A stretch of DNA of 56,086 nt, the filler included, from Sluysia triapertura (taxonomy: Eukaryota): NCBI GenBank assembly GCA_046118255.1. It is 4 parts of 4 records of this genome, joined end to end, with 100 filler letters (N's around TTAATTAATTAA, not from the genome) between each part and the next. Parts side by side here need not be neighbours in the genome. Positions count along the whole stretch, not along the records: positions 11,971 to 27,039 come from JBJNIA010239994.1; 3 more parts are not named here. One strand, 5' to 3'. The position numbers and the translations under genes were made by a program. Every line of letters starts with the position of its first letter. Position 1 is the first letter of the stretch. Under the pieces are notes generated by a model that worked only from the letters and a program-made list of their open reading frames with translations, did not search any database and had not been told where the DNA came from. Of the stretch, positions 12,825 through 26,749 are shown piece by piece.

Positions 12825-13357
12825 ATGAATAGTAAAGTAGATTTACAATTTGATGCCGCTGTAAATGTTATTAAAAATTTACCGAAAGATGGCCCGTACC
12901 AGCCATCAAAAGATTTATTACTTCGATTTTATTCCTTATATAAACAGGCGACAGTTGGAAATTGTAATATTCAACGCCCAGGATTTTGGAATGTGATTAA
13001 TTGTGCAAAATATGATGCTTGGAAAAGTCTTTACAATATGAAATCGAACGAAGCTAAGCAAGAATATGTAGATGAATTGAAGAAGGTAATTGTTGTGAGA
13101 CTTATTTTTTAATTGAGGTTATTGAAACTATGCCACATACTGAAGATGTTTCAACATTTTTGCAAGCATTGGGACCATTTTATGAAATTGTGGACCTTAA
13201 TAGTCTAAATATTGTTCCACAATCATTTGTACCAGTTGTGTCAGATATTCAAAATACCTCAGATAGTGAAGATTCCGATATTTTATTTTATGAAGTTCCA
13301 TCAGAAGAAGTAAATCATGAAAATGATAACAAACCTCTATCACTTTTGGAAATACAG
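12825..13357 (+). CDS. ACBD5: Acyl-CoA-binding domain protein ACBD4/5-like; exons 12825-13085 and 13118-13357, 3' exons not identified
   Basis: QFDAAVNVIKNLPKDGPYQPS..LLRFYSLYKQATVGNCN..RPGFW...KYDAW. Removing a 32-nt GT..AG intron (13086-13117) gives ELKK|VIETMP...LGPFYEIV as in ACBD4/5. Donor GTAAGT at 13358. Confidence 0.88.
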
Positions 13358-15459
13358 GTAAGTATTTATGAGAAGAATTTTAGTTGTCCTTTCCTATAAT
13401 GATAACACATGAAAATCTTTCTATTTAAAGATAATATTCAAATGCCTAAAATCTCCGTACATCATTTGTTTTTAATATATGTACTAATGTAAAGTCAGTT
13501 TAATTTAAGATTTAATAGCAGGACTAATCCACCTTAGTTTTATAAGCTATGCATGCAATATAATTTACAAGTTTGTCGTTTCTTTAATATTTTTTTCATT
13601 CATAAACAAGACAAAACATACTGGAGTCAGTATTAGATTCAGATGACATTTTATTAGTATTAGTATACATGCCCGATTAAATTAAGGTATAATTCCTTTA
13701 CGAGTTTAAAATAAAAGTATTCCAAAATTTTTAGGTGTAAATTCTTATAGATAATGTTATTCGATTTTCGTCGCATATTTAGAAATAAATGGTAGCTTCT
13801 ACGTCCAAAAGTGTCTTAAATCCACACCATTTACATTTAAAATATTTAGGTAGGTAAATCAATTTACTTAATAAAACATAATCTGTAGCACTGCAGAACA
13901 TAATATAAACGAACACTTTTTACATTCGTTTGAGAGGTCGACCTAAAACTTAATTTGTCATTTTTTATTTTTTAATTTTTGACTATTTCACATTTAGAAT
14001 ACTGCGAAATAGACTTATGTTAATTTATTTTTCAACGTTTCAAAATAATTCAATGTTTTGAATTGTCAAAAATAACCAACTAAACCTAAAAACTTTTGAA
14101 TTTTCATTTACGCTTTAGATATTGAATATTAATTTTTTATAATCTTTATTGTCAGGACGAGTTCCATGCGTATATATCTAATTTCCTAAAGGTTTCGTTT
14201 TTTGCTTTGGCTCAGTGTTATTTTTTTGTTTTTAATATTAATCCTGCATATGTAATCTGATCCAAACATTCTGTTTTGATGCGTTTCTGAAAACCTGCAG
14301 AGAATATTAAATCGTCTGCATTAACTAATACATATATGCAAATAAATAATCCATACACCTAGGGGAAACTGACGGAACACTATTCCATCCGTAAAGTAAT
14401 TTATTAAAATCGGATAATTCTCTGCTAGTTTGTCGTTTTTTCTATCGCTATTTGCTATTAAGTATTTTGTAAATCTTAAATCTTGAAATAGTCTATCCAT
14501 GGTACAGAAAAGCATTCCTTTTTGTGATATATAGTTTTCTGTAATCGTTGCAGAAACATATTACTTTGTCTTTTCATTTACCATTCCCGACATTCGCAAT
14601 CAAGAATTCCTTTGATTTTCTTACTTAATTCATCTACAGTGTATGGAATTCATTGATGCTTCATTTAACGGAAAAAAACGTTTTACAAAAGATCTATTTA
14701 TTTCTTAATTTCAACAATTCTTTTCTGTCTTGCTTGTCTAGTTGTGAATAATTCAAATTAGTATGGCAATAATTTTCAGGATCATAAAAAATAAGTTTTA
14801 AGTTAAAATGGGATTAACTTGTGTCAATTTAATATCGGTCATTAAAGATGTATTACTTATTCTTATTGGGATTATATTTTTTTGTAATACATCATAATAC
14901 ATTTGTTATTGTAATATTGTAACGTATTAATAATTTTTGTGATGGTAAAAATTAAATTATTTTTAATTTTTTTGTTTGTATTTTTAAAAATACTTATACT
15001 CTTGGTATTACCTGTTCTTAAATATAAAATCCTTTTAAAGTCAATAAAAAGGAGTTTAATATCCTTTCTTATCAATCTTAAAGTGTTGAGTAATAAAATT
15101 CCAATCGTTGACACTATTTTGCATTGGACAAGTAATGTCATTCTTTTGCTTAAGGTGAATTTTTCTACTATTTTACTTTGTTATTTCACTGGTACAATAG
15201 AAATCATATCAAAATATCAACATTTCATCACATAAAAACATCTCATACATACATAGAACATTAAACAAACTACTTGACTCATTCAAAAATAAACCTAGTC
15301 ATTGTACATAATTATCATGAATTATATAGCTATTATTATTATAAATCCAATCGTATTAAAATATATAATAATTATTGTTATTGTCTTATAATATGATCAC
15401 CATGATTGTCATATAATTTTTATAAAAATCATATCATTAAATCATCATATTAAAATATA

Positions 15460-16170
15460 ATGACATTGTTATCATTATTTCTTTTATCTTTATTATCAAC
15501 CTTTCTTATTCATTATTTGCTTGATGTTCAACGAAATGGTGATAGTGTGTTTTTGAGACTTTTACTTAGATGACAAGGAGGTATTGCAAGTACTTTCTGC
15601 TTAGAATTAGCTGTTTTTATTACTTTATATTACATTTTGAAAGTAATAATGTATTGTTTACTTGAAGCGTCACAAAAAGCATTCAACAAACAATACCAAT
15701 TAACGTTATATTAGGATTTTATATTTACGCTGTTTATTCGAATTTTATTAAAAGATTCAATCAAATTCCATGGATGACGATAAGTGTCTTTTATTATACA
15801 TAGAGAAATTATTAGACCGATGATATTCAGACGTTATATTCAGCTTTATTTGAATGTAGCTCTTATGATAACTATAATGCGAGTTCATCGGCACAAAGAT
15901 ATCAAAAACCTGACATCTTTAGTAAAACAAGGAATGATAATGGTCAAAGAAAAAGAAATTATATGCAACACTCAATTCGTTCAAATTCAGCCTTTTATTC
16001 CAATCAGTTGGGCGTTAAATATCGTCAGGATAGCTCATCAAGAAGAATATATTAATAACATATTCTCATTTATCAGATTACTAGATATAATAGGCAATTT
16101 TCGACAAAGTTTATTCAATATGCTCATATCTGATCAAATATCACTTTCTCTTATGTATACGCTATTTTAA
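15460..16170 (+). pseudogene. Bestrophin pseudogene (intronless, truncated)
   Basis: FLRLLLR*QGGI (conserved Trp replaced by TGA at 15571-15573), IPINVILGFYI...IPW, FRRYIQLYLN, LVKQGMI..KE, FIPISWA and DQISLSLMYT. At least two frameshifting deletions. Ends before the last TM helices. Confidence 0.85.
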
Positions 16171-16231
16171 ATGGTTAAAAAATAAAATTCTTTCATTTAT
16201 TAAAATTTGATTGTAAAAGTTGAAATGAATC

Positions 16232-17000
16232 ATGGCAAATACTATGCAACAAGATGGAGAATTTTCTCCACTTCACTCTACTTCAGTGGTGTCAAACCTT
16301 TTTGCTTTACGGGCCGCATGATTTGCCTCCGCGGGCCGCCACTTTGACACCACTGCTCTACTTGTATAAGGGTCAAGTTACTGATCACGCTGTTTACGAA
16401 TTTGAGCTATTCCTACTCTGTCAAAATGTAAAATGGATGATATCCAAAAGATCTTTTATAAAGTGATCTTTATACTTTACACGAAAAGTTATGTAAACTT
16501 GATACTAGAGTAATAAATCTATCATTGCCTCCTAAAAAGCTTTTTAGTAACTTGGAATATACATTTTTACTAGAAAGAAAAAAATTACTAGAAACGTATC
16601 TAAATGAAGTATTAATATTATTTCAAGTTCCTTCCGAGCCATTATCTAAATTTATTAATTATAATTCTTATGAAATACATGGAATAACAGCTTTACTGAC
16701 CGGAAAGTTTTATACTCAGGGTGATGTTATAATAAGTAAAAATATACAGTTCTAATTCAGTGTTTTACAAATTTATCCAATAAATGAAAGGCTAAAGTCG
16801 CAATCCCAACTAATGTTTACAAAGAAGTATGCCACGATTTTACGCATGTAATGGACTTTGCCAGTAAAATAGAAAATGTGAAACTGACTGGCAGTAATAC
16901 ATTATTTCGAGCGAGTAATATTTGTATGAATAAATTGGACTGATTTGGGAAAATTTACATCAATCAGCAGACTTGAGCTGAACAATATTAATTTGAAACG
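16232..17000 (+). pseudogene. NISCH: Nischarin (PX domain + start of LRR region) pseudogene
   Basis: AVYEF..WMISKR..SDLYTLHEKL..LPPKKLF..ERKKLLETYL..YEIHGITALL..LQIY..DFTHVMDF..SNI follows the nischarin N-terminus. Contains stops, frameshifts and a MITE insertion. Confidence 0.85.
16284..16355. mobile_element. 72-bp hAT-family MITE
   Basis: Perfect 13-bp TIRs CAGTGGTGTCAAA/TTTGACACCACTG and a perfect 8-bp TSD CTCTACTT (16276-16283, 16356-16363). Confidence 0.95.
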
Positions 17001-17379
17001 TTGAAAAACGCAGTTGCGAGTGGTTAATTCTCTGAAAAATATCAAGAGTTAAAGTTAATCATCATCAGGATCTTGACTTCCCGGTTGTTTGGCTTTTTAG
17101 GACCGCTTGTTGATTTTACCATGGTGATCTAAAGAATAAATATTATAAAAATAATAAAATTTTAATTATCGATTGAAATATTAATGAAGAGCTCTTACGT
17201 ATAATTGCTCAAATATGTTAATTTTCCAAATTAATAATGATATTTCATCAACAGTCACTCAACTCATTTATTCTATGATTTATCTACTAATTTACTCATC
17301 AATTTCATGTTTTACTTCGCGTGTCGTTAAAAATTGCTACAATGAAATTACATCTAAATACAATGTCAAGAACTTAAAG

Positions 17380-18178
17380 ATGGCTCTCAAATTTATATTT
17401 CTGGCTAGTTTTGCTGTATTAACGACAAATGGGAGATGTGAAACAGATGATAACTTTGATTTAACTGTTAGCTTCATATTTTATTTTTCAATTATAGTTT
17501 CGTACTTTTACACTTTTTATCAAGAGTGCGAACGATATAATCAAATATAAACATTTAATAGTACTTAAATATTTCGTTTTATTATTATTTATTTTATTAT
17601 ATATGCTATCGAAAATGATTAATGTTTCAATTTATGATTACAAATTTTTGCCATGCCTTCAAGTAAATTTTCTTTTGTCTTGTATTAGTTTTAATTTACT
17701 AATAAGTATTTTTCTCATACCATACGGATTCATATTACGTTTATGAATTCATACGGATTCGCTGTACGTTTATTATGGCTAGACATTTTTTTCTGATACA
17801 CTAAAAATAGAATATTGTTTTTGTAAATTGCAATTTACTGAAAACGTTGCTTGTTTTTACAGAAATGAATAATATATGTTTGAACGCTTTCTTGATATTT
17901 AAAAAGGTAAATATTTAGGTCTACTAGATGTGCTGCACTATACTTGTAAAGCACTAAATCTTACAAAATATGAAGTTAAACATTTAATAACATTAGCAAA
18001 AACTGGGGAAGATAAATTGAAGTCAATTAATACATTGAATAAAGACACTCTATAAGCTTCAGCAAATTCAAATCCAGTTACTACTGATGATCATGCAGAT
18101 AAAATTAATAACCATGGTAACTTATCACGTTATTTATTTGTGTTATTTATATTTTTACAATTGTTATTCTCAAAATAA
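17380..18178 (+). CDS. Possible orphan secreted/GPI-type protein, multi-exon, possibly pseudogenised
   Basis: Signal-peptide-like MALKFIFLASFAVLTTNGRC, splice-like signals, and a last segment ending in hydrophobic YLFVLFIFLQLLFSK*. In-frame TAA at 18053-18055. Confidence 0.3.
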
Positions 18179-18507
18179 AATTCAACCTTGTTTATTTGTT
18201 TAATTTATCGTTTTCGAAAGGCCGTAAGCCTACTTTGTTAATTGCAATTTGCTTATCTAAATTATTGTTAATTACTTATAAGTTTTGTTTAAATTGTTAC
18301 ATATTAAATGAAAATTTCAATGTTTTATATAATTTTTTTAAAATTTAAAATGAAAAAGCCCTATCCACATATATTATTTTAATCAATTTAAATATTCGTC
18401 AAAATACTAGAATACAAATTAAATTATTTGTCGAAACATAATTCAACAATATATTTTATCACTTAATACTATATGTTAAAATTTAGTAATGATATTAATA
18501 TTAAAAT

Positions 18508-18580
18508 GTTAGACTTCATTAAATGGACTGACTGGGATTCGAACTCGGGCCTTCTTGCCTTACAGCTGTGCAGTTCGATG
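18508..18580 (-). mobile_element. tRNA-derived SINE-like copy (5'-truncated, B box present)
   Basis: Minus strand reads CATCGAACTGCACAGC...GAGTTCGAATCCCAGTCAGTCCATTTAATGAAGTCTAA. It overlaps the 7431-7513 copy in sequence. Confidence 0.7.
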
Positions 18581-20029
18581 ATAACAATTTTATTATAGTT
18601 AATTAATTAACAATTTTATTTTATTATAGTTAATTATATTATCATTATTATAAATGGCACTTTAATAAATAATTTATAAAATTTATACAAATTAGTTTTT
18701 TTGTTTCTTCAAAAATTCGCGCACATAATCAAAACACTTGATTTTTCTCCCTACGTGAAACAAATGTTTGTATTGTTTATGTTTTGTGCAATAATAATGT
18801 AACTATAAAGATATATAATTTTTATATTATATAAAAGACAAAATTTTATCATAGAATATTAATACTAATATTAATACTAATACTAATATTAATACTAATA
18901 ATACTAATACTAATAATAATAATAATTTAGAAGTTTACCATCACTTAAAGGTTACTCATCGATTTTTTTCGAAAAATGCAGTGCATTAAAATTTTCTTCA
19001 TTGATTATTCATTACTTTATCGATATCAAAATCACTCTCACTGTTATTATCAGCACAATTATTATTACTTTGAGTAACATAAGAGCTTAAAAAACAAAAC
19101 TTTATTTATTCTTTTTGGTAGTGCTTCTGGCACTTACTAATAGTTGTACCATATCTTTTCACATATCTTTTAGCGTAATTTAAGGCGTTTTCGATGTCGG
19201 CATTAATGTAATAAAAATTAAAATAAGGTCCTTCAAGTATTATACGCATTAATTCTAAATTAGCATAACTAATTATTATCAAATGTAGGTCTGATTGATT
19301 ACGTACCATTGCTTTTTCGCTTATGTCAATTATAAACGTACTGATTCGTCATTATTTTTCATTATTGTTTTTTGTAAAATGTTGTAATTCCTATCTTTTG
19401 GGCGCTGAAACTCAATAAATATATCGTTTATTTTATATAAATTTACATAACGATTTTAAAATATGTTTATTATTTTTAATCGAATAATTAAGAGGATTAT
19501 TATATAGATTGTTCCAAATAATTAATCGAATACCACTATTTAACAAATGAATAATAAACGAATCAGGCATATTACATATTACACTCAATATTAAAGGTAT
19601 TTGATCAGCAGAATTTTTAAAATTATTGACCTCAAAAAATTATATCAGTAGCTTCAACATGCTTCTTAAGTATTACATTGTGTAAAATAGTATCACCAAT
19701 TCTATCTTGTAAAATAAATACAAATTATTTACTAAGGTTTCACCAACATCATCTCTTTTATTACTTAACACGTATATGTGTCTCAAAGTAGCTACTTCTT
19801 TTATTAATTTATTAGCTATTTTGTCCATTTTTTATAAATAATTTACATCAATATTTTCACTAACTAAAAGCTATTCATTACCAGTATCATTATCAGTGTG
19901 TTCATCAACATCTGTTATCGTGAATAAATTACTAAGCATCGGTGTTTTATAAATTCCTTCATCGGTTTGTTCACCCTTTTCATCATTAGTTTTCCGTCAT
20001 TTTAGTTGGATTGATAATTCTTTAACTAT

Positions 20030-20870
20030 TTACTTAAGACGCCTATTCTCTTCGGTCATCGTTTATTTACAGAATGTGATGTGAAAAGCGAGTATTTTGT
20101 CTTTCGTTTGTACCGAATTTTGAACTTTTCGTCCGTTAACCGGATTGTTTTACTAAGAAACAATCGGCATTCCGACCATGTGTCCTCTTTTATTTCAACA
20201 GTAACACATGCCATTTTTAACTTCAACCGTTTCATAGAGTTAGAGAATCTATTACAATCTATTACGATAAACTGGATCTACCTCCAGTTTCTATTTTCGA
20301 TGTAAAATTGATTATTGAATTTTTCTGGTGGTGTTATTGATATTTTCCGTTGTGGAGTTAAGGATTTTGCTTGTCAATTATTAGAATTTCTATCAGAGCT
20401 AACAAAACTATCTCTATTAAAATTATTTTTTGACATAAATATTAGGTTTTTTGATATCATATCGCTCTATTGGTTCAATATCTGAAACCGTGAAACTAGC
20501 CTTACGAATCTAGCTTTCGTTTTTATGGCATCCATCCAAAATTGCTGTACCATCAACTCATTTCTCGGATCATGATTAAAATTTGTAAATGTTCTTAAAG
20601 CCAACTGTTTCAAACACAAATAACACACTGCACAACGGATTCATTTATTCCCTGAATTCTGCTTCTGAATTTTCTACCAATTCTAAAATGAGTATCATTC
20701 GTAACTTGCTGATTTTAAAACTCTTTAATTAAATCAGTCTATTCCATGTGTTTTTCTTCTGCTATGTTGAGGTGAGTATCTGAAGCTGTTCCTTGTAAAT
20801 GTAACGTAAATTTCTCACATTGTTTACCCTCATTCCAGCCATAAATTTTAGAGATCCCTGATATTAATTA
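20030..20870 (-). mobile_element. Gypsy-like gag remnant
   Basis: IYGWNEGKQCEKFTLHLQGTA...FRSRIQGINESV..LKQLA..F..RNELMVQQF capsid-type pattern and a broken CCHC knuckle CYC*NKRGH..ECR (~20165-20208). Possible LTR end/PBS ACA|TGGCTTTAGAG at 21059-21046. Confidence 0.7.
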
Positions 20871-22329
20871 ATGAATTGTGTTAAACTATGATCATGCGAT
20901 TTGACTTTAAAATGAATAATTAGAATTATTTAAAATAAGCAACACACACTTGTCTACAAACTGCAGAAAATGAAATACATATTTTACTATTTACTTATTT
21001 TAAAAATTATTAATTTTTTTTATATAGAAATTTTTATTGATTGTACTCTAAAGCCATGTCCTTGTATATCAGAGTCGACATGTGAAAATTTCGGCGCTTT
21101 TCCTTACGCACCGAAACTTGCAAATACATTATGAAGTTAGACAATTAAACATTATTGTGTACAAGTCAGCAGATTCAAAAATAATACAATAAAAATAATG
21201 AAAACGATTAAAGTAGTTTAATGGTAATTGTAATGACGGTAATATTGGCGATAAATTATTTAAATTATTTTTATTATCTTGGAATTATTATTATTGATAT
21301 TAAAATATTGGAACTGTTTCGCTGGGATTGCTCAGCTATGAATGAGAAATGAAAAAACATAGAATGACTCAGGAAGAATACAAAATGATGGATAAAGCAT
21401 AATAATAGATACGAATGATAAACCAATAGATGAAAAGGGATGCCGTGTCTATCGAAAATAGTGAAGTTGAAAAATATTAATAATTTAAGATTGGGTAAGT
21501 TTTAAATACAAAAAAAAATATAATTCTACAACGCAGATTAATTAAATATTTAATCATAAATATGTACATAATTACAAATGTTTAAAACATTTAATTAAAA
21601 AATTTCAATTAACATTATAATTAAATTTATATAACTTACATTATGCAAATATTGAAATAAATTAATATGATCGTACAACTACTAATATAAGGATCATTAA
21701 AATATGATTGCGAGATATCAATGTTTTTAAATATGCAAGCTGTGGTCTTAAGCATTTAGACAAAGAATGGTCGAGTTTTGATAACTAGAATTTGTAGAAA
21801 TTGAACTGAGAAAAATGTTGTTTGTTGTTCATAAAGATTTTGTAATGAACGAACGTAATATTGAATGAGGCAACAAAGTTAAATGTTAAGAACGTAGTCC
21901 TTTCCCTAGGGCTGTTAAGATCTCAATGGATGAATTATGAACATATCGCATTGAGTAGAGTATTCTCATCGTATATATTATTACAATCAACAAACTGTTA
22001 TAACGTAGATTGAAATCATTATGATATTTACCTTATATAATTTGTATTTTAAACTAAATGATATATAGAAACAAACTGGCAACTATAACCTGATATTGTA
22101 AGCAAACTGATATAATCGTTATTAATATATAAGAATATATAGAAAGTTAGTAAATCATAACTTTGACTTATTTCAATGGAATATATGATATACTTGTGGA
22201 TTCTATTTCAAATTTTATATAAGGTACTATTAAAATTTCAACCACTAAAATAAACCATAACTTTGCAGTTTTATCAATTTTATTGTGGTTTATGATTAAG
22301 ATTGTATCATGAATAATATTGAAACTAAT

Positions 22330-23850
22330 ATTCCTGAACAGCTTGATTAATTTTATAACTGAACCTTTATGGAAAGGCTTAAGGTTTATGTCCACAAAAA
22401 TTTTACATTCATTAAAATTACTTTTAAGATTTTTATTCACGTTACTAAAAGGAGCAAAACAACTACTTAAATAATATATTTTAAAAATTTTTATATAATT
22501 TTAATTAAAAAAATATTTACCGTCGATTGACGCACTGTACAATTCGGTTAAAATACAATTTGTTAATAAGTGATTAAAGTGTGATGGATTATATAAAATA
22601 GTAGGAATAAGTTCGTTCAATTTCTTTAGGCGATCACGATCTTCAACAACTTAATTTAAGTAAGCAATTTTATTGGATTTATAATATCCATTAACAAATA
22701 CTCTAATGCACTAAACTGCTTAAAAAGTGACAATTTTGTTCCATCAATATACCAAATTGTATCAATTAAGATAATTTTCTATTTATCTTTAACATCATTA
22801 TCAGCAGTGATATTTTCACCTGTTTTTAACTTTTATCAGTACATTTTTGACTTTCTTTAGCACACATCGCTGAATCATTCATCATCATAAGGTTTAGTTG
22901 TTAAATATACACTCAGAAACAAGTATTGTTTGAACATTTCATTGAGTGAATTAGTCATTGAATCGGCTGTATGTTTTAATGATTTTTTATGTTCATTTTT
23001 GCCTACATATTATTTAATCAATTCTTTTCGTAGCGACCACATTTGAATTAATCCAACACTTTTAAGAAACAGTTCACCGAAAATTAATGGTAAAATATAC
23101 ATTTTTGATGTAACAGTAGTTGTAGCATCGACTAACGGAACAAAAATGTTACCCATTGCTGTGATTAATTACCATCTGGCAGTTTTCATTCTATCAAAGC
23201 CTATTCGAAGAATAACCAAATAGTTGACTTCGTGAAGAATCTCGTATTGCAGTTAATGTACCTATCTTTCTTGATATCAATAAACTCCTGCAGATTCATA
23301 CATATTAATGCAACCCAGACATTGAAACTTGTCTACATACAACTTTTCGAATCTACGGTTTTGATGTTTTGATGGTAATTATTCAATGAATGTGTTACAA
23401 TTAAATGGTACTGGAGTTCTTGAATCTATTCTGTTGTTCGTAACCTACATAAGAGCATGAATTTCCTTTGTCCTCACATAACATCATAGCTTAATTCTGT
23501 TTCATAGGTAAATTCGCACTTATGAGAATGTTCATATTCATATGTAGTGATAGAATGTGGTAATGCACTGCTTCACATTCAAGTTGAAGTGATAGTGGAA
23601 ATAAGCCATTTTAATTGTATTCCCAAATTGGGCCATACAATCAAGAGTCTGGAGAGCAAGATAAATTAAAGTAACTAGCTAATAATACGTTTTCAAAAGA
23701 ATTACGCTGGTGACTTGTAAATCAAAAGCAAAGTTCAAAACTCTGAATACTTGTAGTACAAAATCCTAAGCCTGTCATATCAATAATGAAATTATGGAAA
23801 CCAATTTCTTTAAAGCCTAATAATTTATGCAGAATACACCATGATAACAA
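22330..23850 (-). mobile_element. Heavily deleted Gypsy-like pol remnant (RT-RNaseH-integrase order)
   Basis: FCINY*AL (RFCxDYRxLN-like), LYVD and FGYSS.RL (RNase H), RMKTARW*L, C..(C)Q and IFVDI..PF (integrase) occur in the expected order. Confidence 0.5.
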
Positions 23851-23891
23851 GTTGGAAGATAATTATATATTAATATAATTAACGTAACAAT

Positions 23892-23895
<4 letters not shown>

Positions 23896-23956
<61 letters not shown>
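23896..23956. repeat. (AAT)n microsatellite
   Basis: About 20 perfect units. Confidence 0.95.
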
Positions 23957-23958
<2 letters not shown>

Positions 23959-25379
23959 CAGCCCTACAAAAAAGTAGTAAGTTTCATGTTAATTATTTAT
24001 TATTAATTAATTAATTATTTATTATTTTTTTCCCTTTTAAAAAATAATAATAATGCAATATATAATACAATAATAATAGTAATAATAAAGATGACAATTT
24101 TTGAAATAGTAATAGTAATGCTCTTTTTATAGTTAATTATAAACTATAATATTATGAATATTATTAATGATGATAATAAAAATTATATTTATAACAATAT
24201 AATAATTATAAATGCAACAATGGCATTTTTAATAATAATAATTTTTATAATAATCAATTTTAATAATACCAATAATTTTTTATACTATAATTATAATAAT
24301 GATATTTATTACAATAATATTTATTTTAATTTTTTAATAATTTATATAATTCGTTAAGGAAGGGTGTCTTATATGATCTCCTTGCAAGCCGAGTTAATCT
24401 TCCTAATTAATTTATTATTAATTTCAATTTCTGCATGTAATCTACTCTTATTGGGTTGCTATTATCAAATAACAGTCATTTTGTTTTTGTTTTTTTATTT
24501 ATCTAAGGTCAGATATGAATGGAAAATTAATAAAGATTTGGAATTTAGAAACGTAGGAATAATTAATACAAAATGTGTAGAGCATAAGAAAACTTAGCTG
24601 GAATTCATAGAGCATGAAAGTAACAGAATTTGTGCACCCTGAGACCATTTGAAACTTCATCAACTTTTAAGAACTTTTTGGACCTTGATAGATGTTTGAG
24701 ACCCTTGAACAATCTTATAAAGCATTTTAAATCATTAAAATATGTGAAGTAAAATCATTGTTACAAATAATAAAGATAAATTTGATACATTAATAATAAC
24801 ATAAATAAGTAGAAAAATGATTCAGAGTTAAGGTAAAACATTTAGAACCCATTGAGTGCCGTATAAAATACTAAACATCTTTAGAACCTTAATAAAACCT
24901 TTAAGAATTAATCTAAAAATCCATTAATTAATTAAAATCTTAATCCTCTGTGGATCGAATTTTTTTCTTAAATATAAAAGTTTATTTATTTTTATTTAAT
25001 TATATTTCAGGTTGATGGTGCTGCCAATCGTCATCAATATTGTTATTGGTTATATCAGAGGCATTAAATATTATATATATTATATAATCTTGTGAAAAAA
25101 ACTAAAACACAGGCCCAACGCGGTTCATTTAAATTAATTAAGAAAAGTAGGATTTTGTGAATAAAGTTTGCATGCGGAATTAAATAGATCTTTCGATGAA
25201 GATATGGTTTGACAGAGTTCATGCAAGGAAAGCCTTAATATTGAGCAAAGTCAAATTCTAATAAATTCTCAATTGTAGAATGTTGAATTTTTCATATTTA
25301 GAATGATGAAAAGAGATGCTTTCTATGAAACAGCAGAATCTATAGAATGACCTGTTTGAAAATAAAACTTTAATCACAT

Positions 25380-25540
25380 TCCATTAGAAAATAAGTGTGA
25401 AGAACTGAAAATCAACTGAATTCTAAAAACTAAAGTTAAATTCATTATTTTTGTATGCTGATGATTGTTATTTTAATGTGAGAAGTAATTGAAAAAATAG
25501 ATCGCGTAAAGGAAAATAATGGTTGACCATTAATTAAATT
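25380..25540 (+). repeat. Dispersed repeat, copy 2 of 3
   Basis: AAACTAAAGTTAAATTCATTATTTTT...GATTGTTATTTTAATGTGAGAAGTAATT...TAATGGTTGACCATTAAT is shared with the other copies. Confidence 0.8.
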
Positions 25541-26749
25541 ACTAAAAAATTATGAAATATTATGAAACTTCTTCTTGTTTCTGAAATGGTATAGTGAATG
25601 ATTTATTTTATAATAAGTATTAAATATTACGCTAATATAAAAAATATTATTTCTTTATGTTTAATAATAGTAATTATAATTCAATAATAATTTTATTTTA
25701 TATTTTGTAAAAATTTGTTTAACAAATTCAAAATAATTTTGCATCCTAAAGAATGTAAATGTAAATTTAATTTGACAAACAAAAAGTTCACAAGATATAG
25801 TGTCGCACTTTAGGCACAGTGAAGATCGATTTATAAAAGAAAATTTATTCAATAATGTATTTAAATATAGTAGAAATAGTTAGTTATTATTGTAATTATA
25901 TTATTTTAGGGAAAATATTTTCATTATAAAATGCTAACACTTGATAAATGTGATAAAAAATAGTTTTATTTTATTCTGAAAATAAAAAATCTGCTTTTTA
26001 TCGAAAAAAATTATATTTAACAAATTCTGAATCTAATATTTTAATATAGACTGACTAAACTTCTTATTAACAATCTTATATAAAATTTAACATAATTAAA
26101 AAAATTATCAGCCCGAGGACAAAAATATTCAGGAAAAATCTCTTAATAAAATATCTTAACTCAAAATATCAAAATGGCACTAATTTACATAAGACCAAAA
26201 TAAGTACTACAAATTCTTAAATAACTTAAGAACTACTGGGGATTCACCAAAAAGATTATAAAAATCTTTTAAAATATTCTATTTAACTTTAAATCCAAAA
26301 CTCAGTAAAACAAAATAATTTTACAAATATCAATTATCACGAATATCAGTCAAACATTCAAAATAAATATTATAAATACAGAAGCACAAAATAAAATTAA
26401 CAATTCAATTAACAATTAAATTTATAGAATAACGTAAAAAAATTATACACTTAATTAAGGATAACTCAACCTACAAGAATTTAAAAATATTTTAAAAAAT
26501 GTGTCAAAATAAAAATAAATTAGGTTATACTGAAATTAAAATATTAAAAATACTACAAACCCAATAACAAGCAAGGACAATTATCTAAAATTAAATTATC
26601 CACGAATACAAAAACTTATAATCCAAACATAAAATACTTTAATCATTATTTAAAAAAAATTAAAATTAATATTAACATGGATCATGGATCTTCTGATTTG
26701 TGGTAGCTGTTTTGAATATGTTAAAATTTCACAACTCCTCGTTTATACT

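Noticed and set aside
24154-24597. Short N/I/F/K-rich ORFs here and elsewhere (e.g. 14939-15235, 30250-30606, 35408-35908, 46035-46268)
   Set aside because: Low-complexity products of AT-rich or strand-skewed DNA with no motifs.
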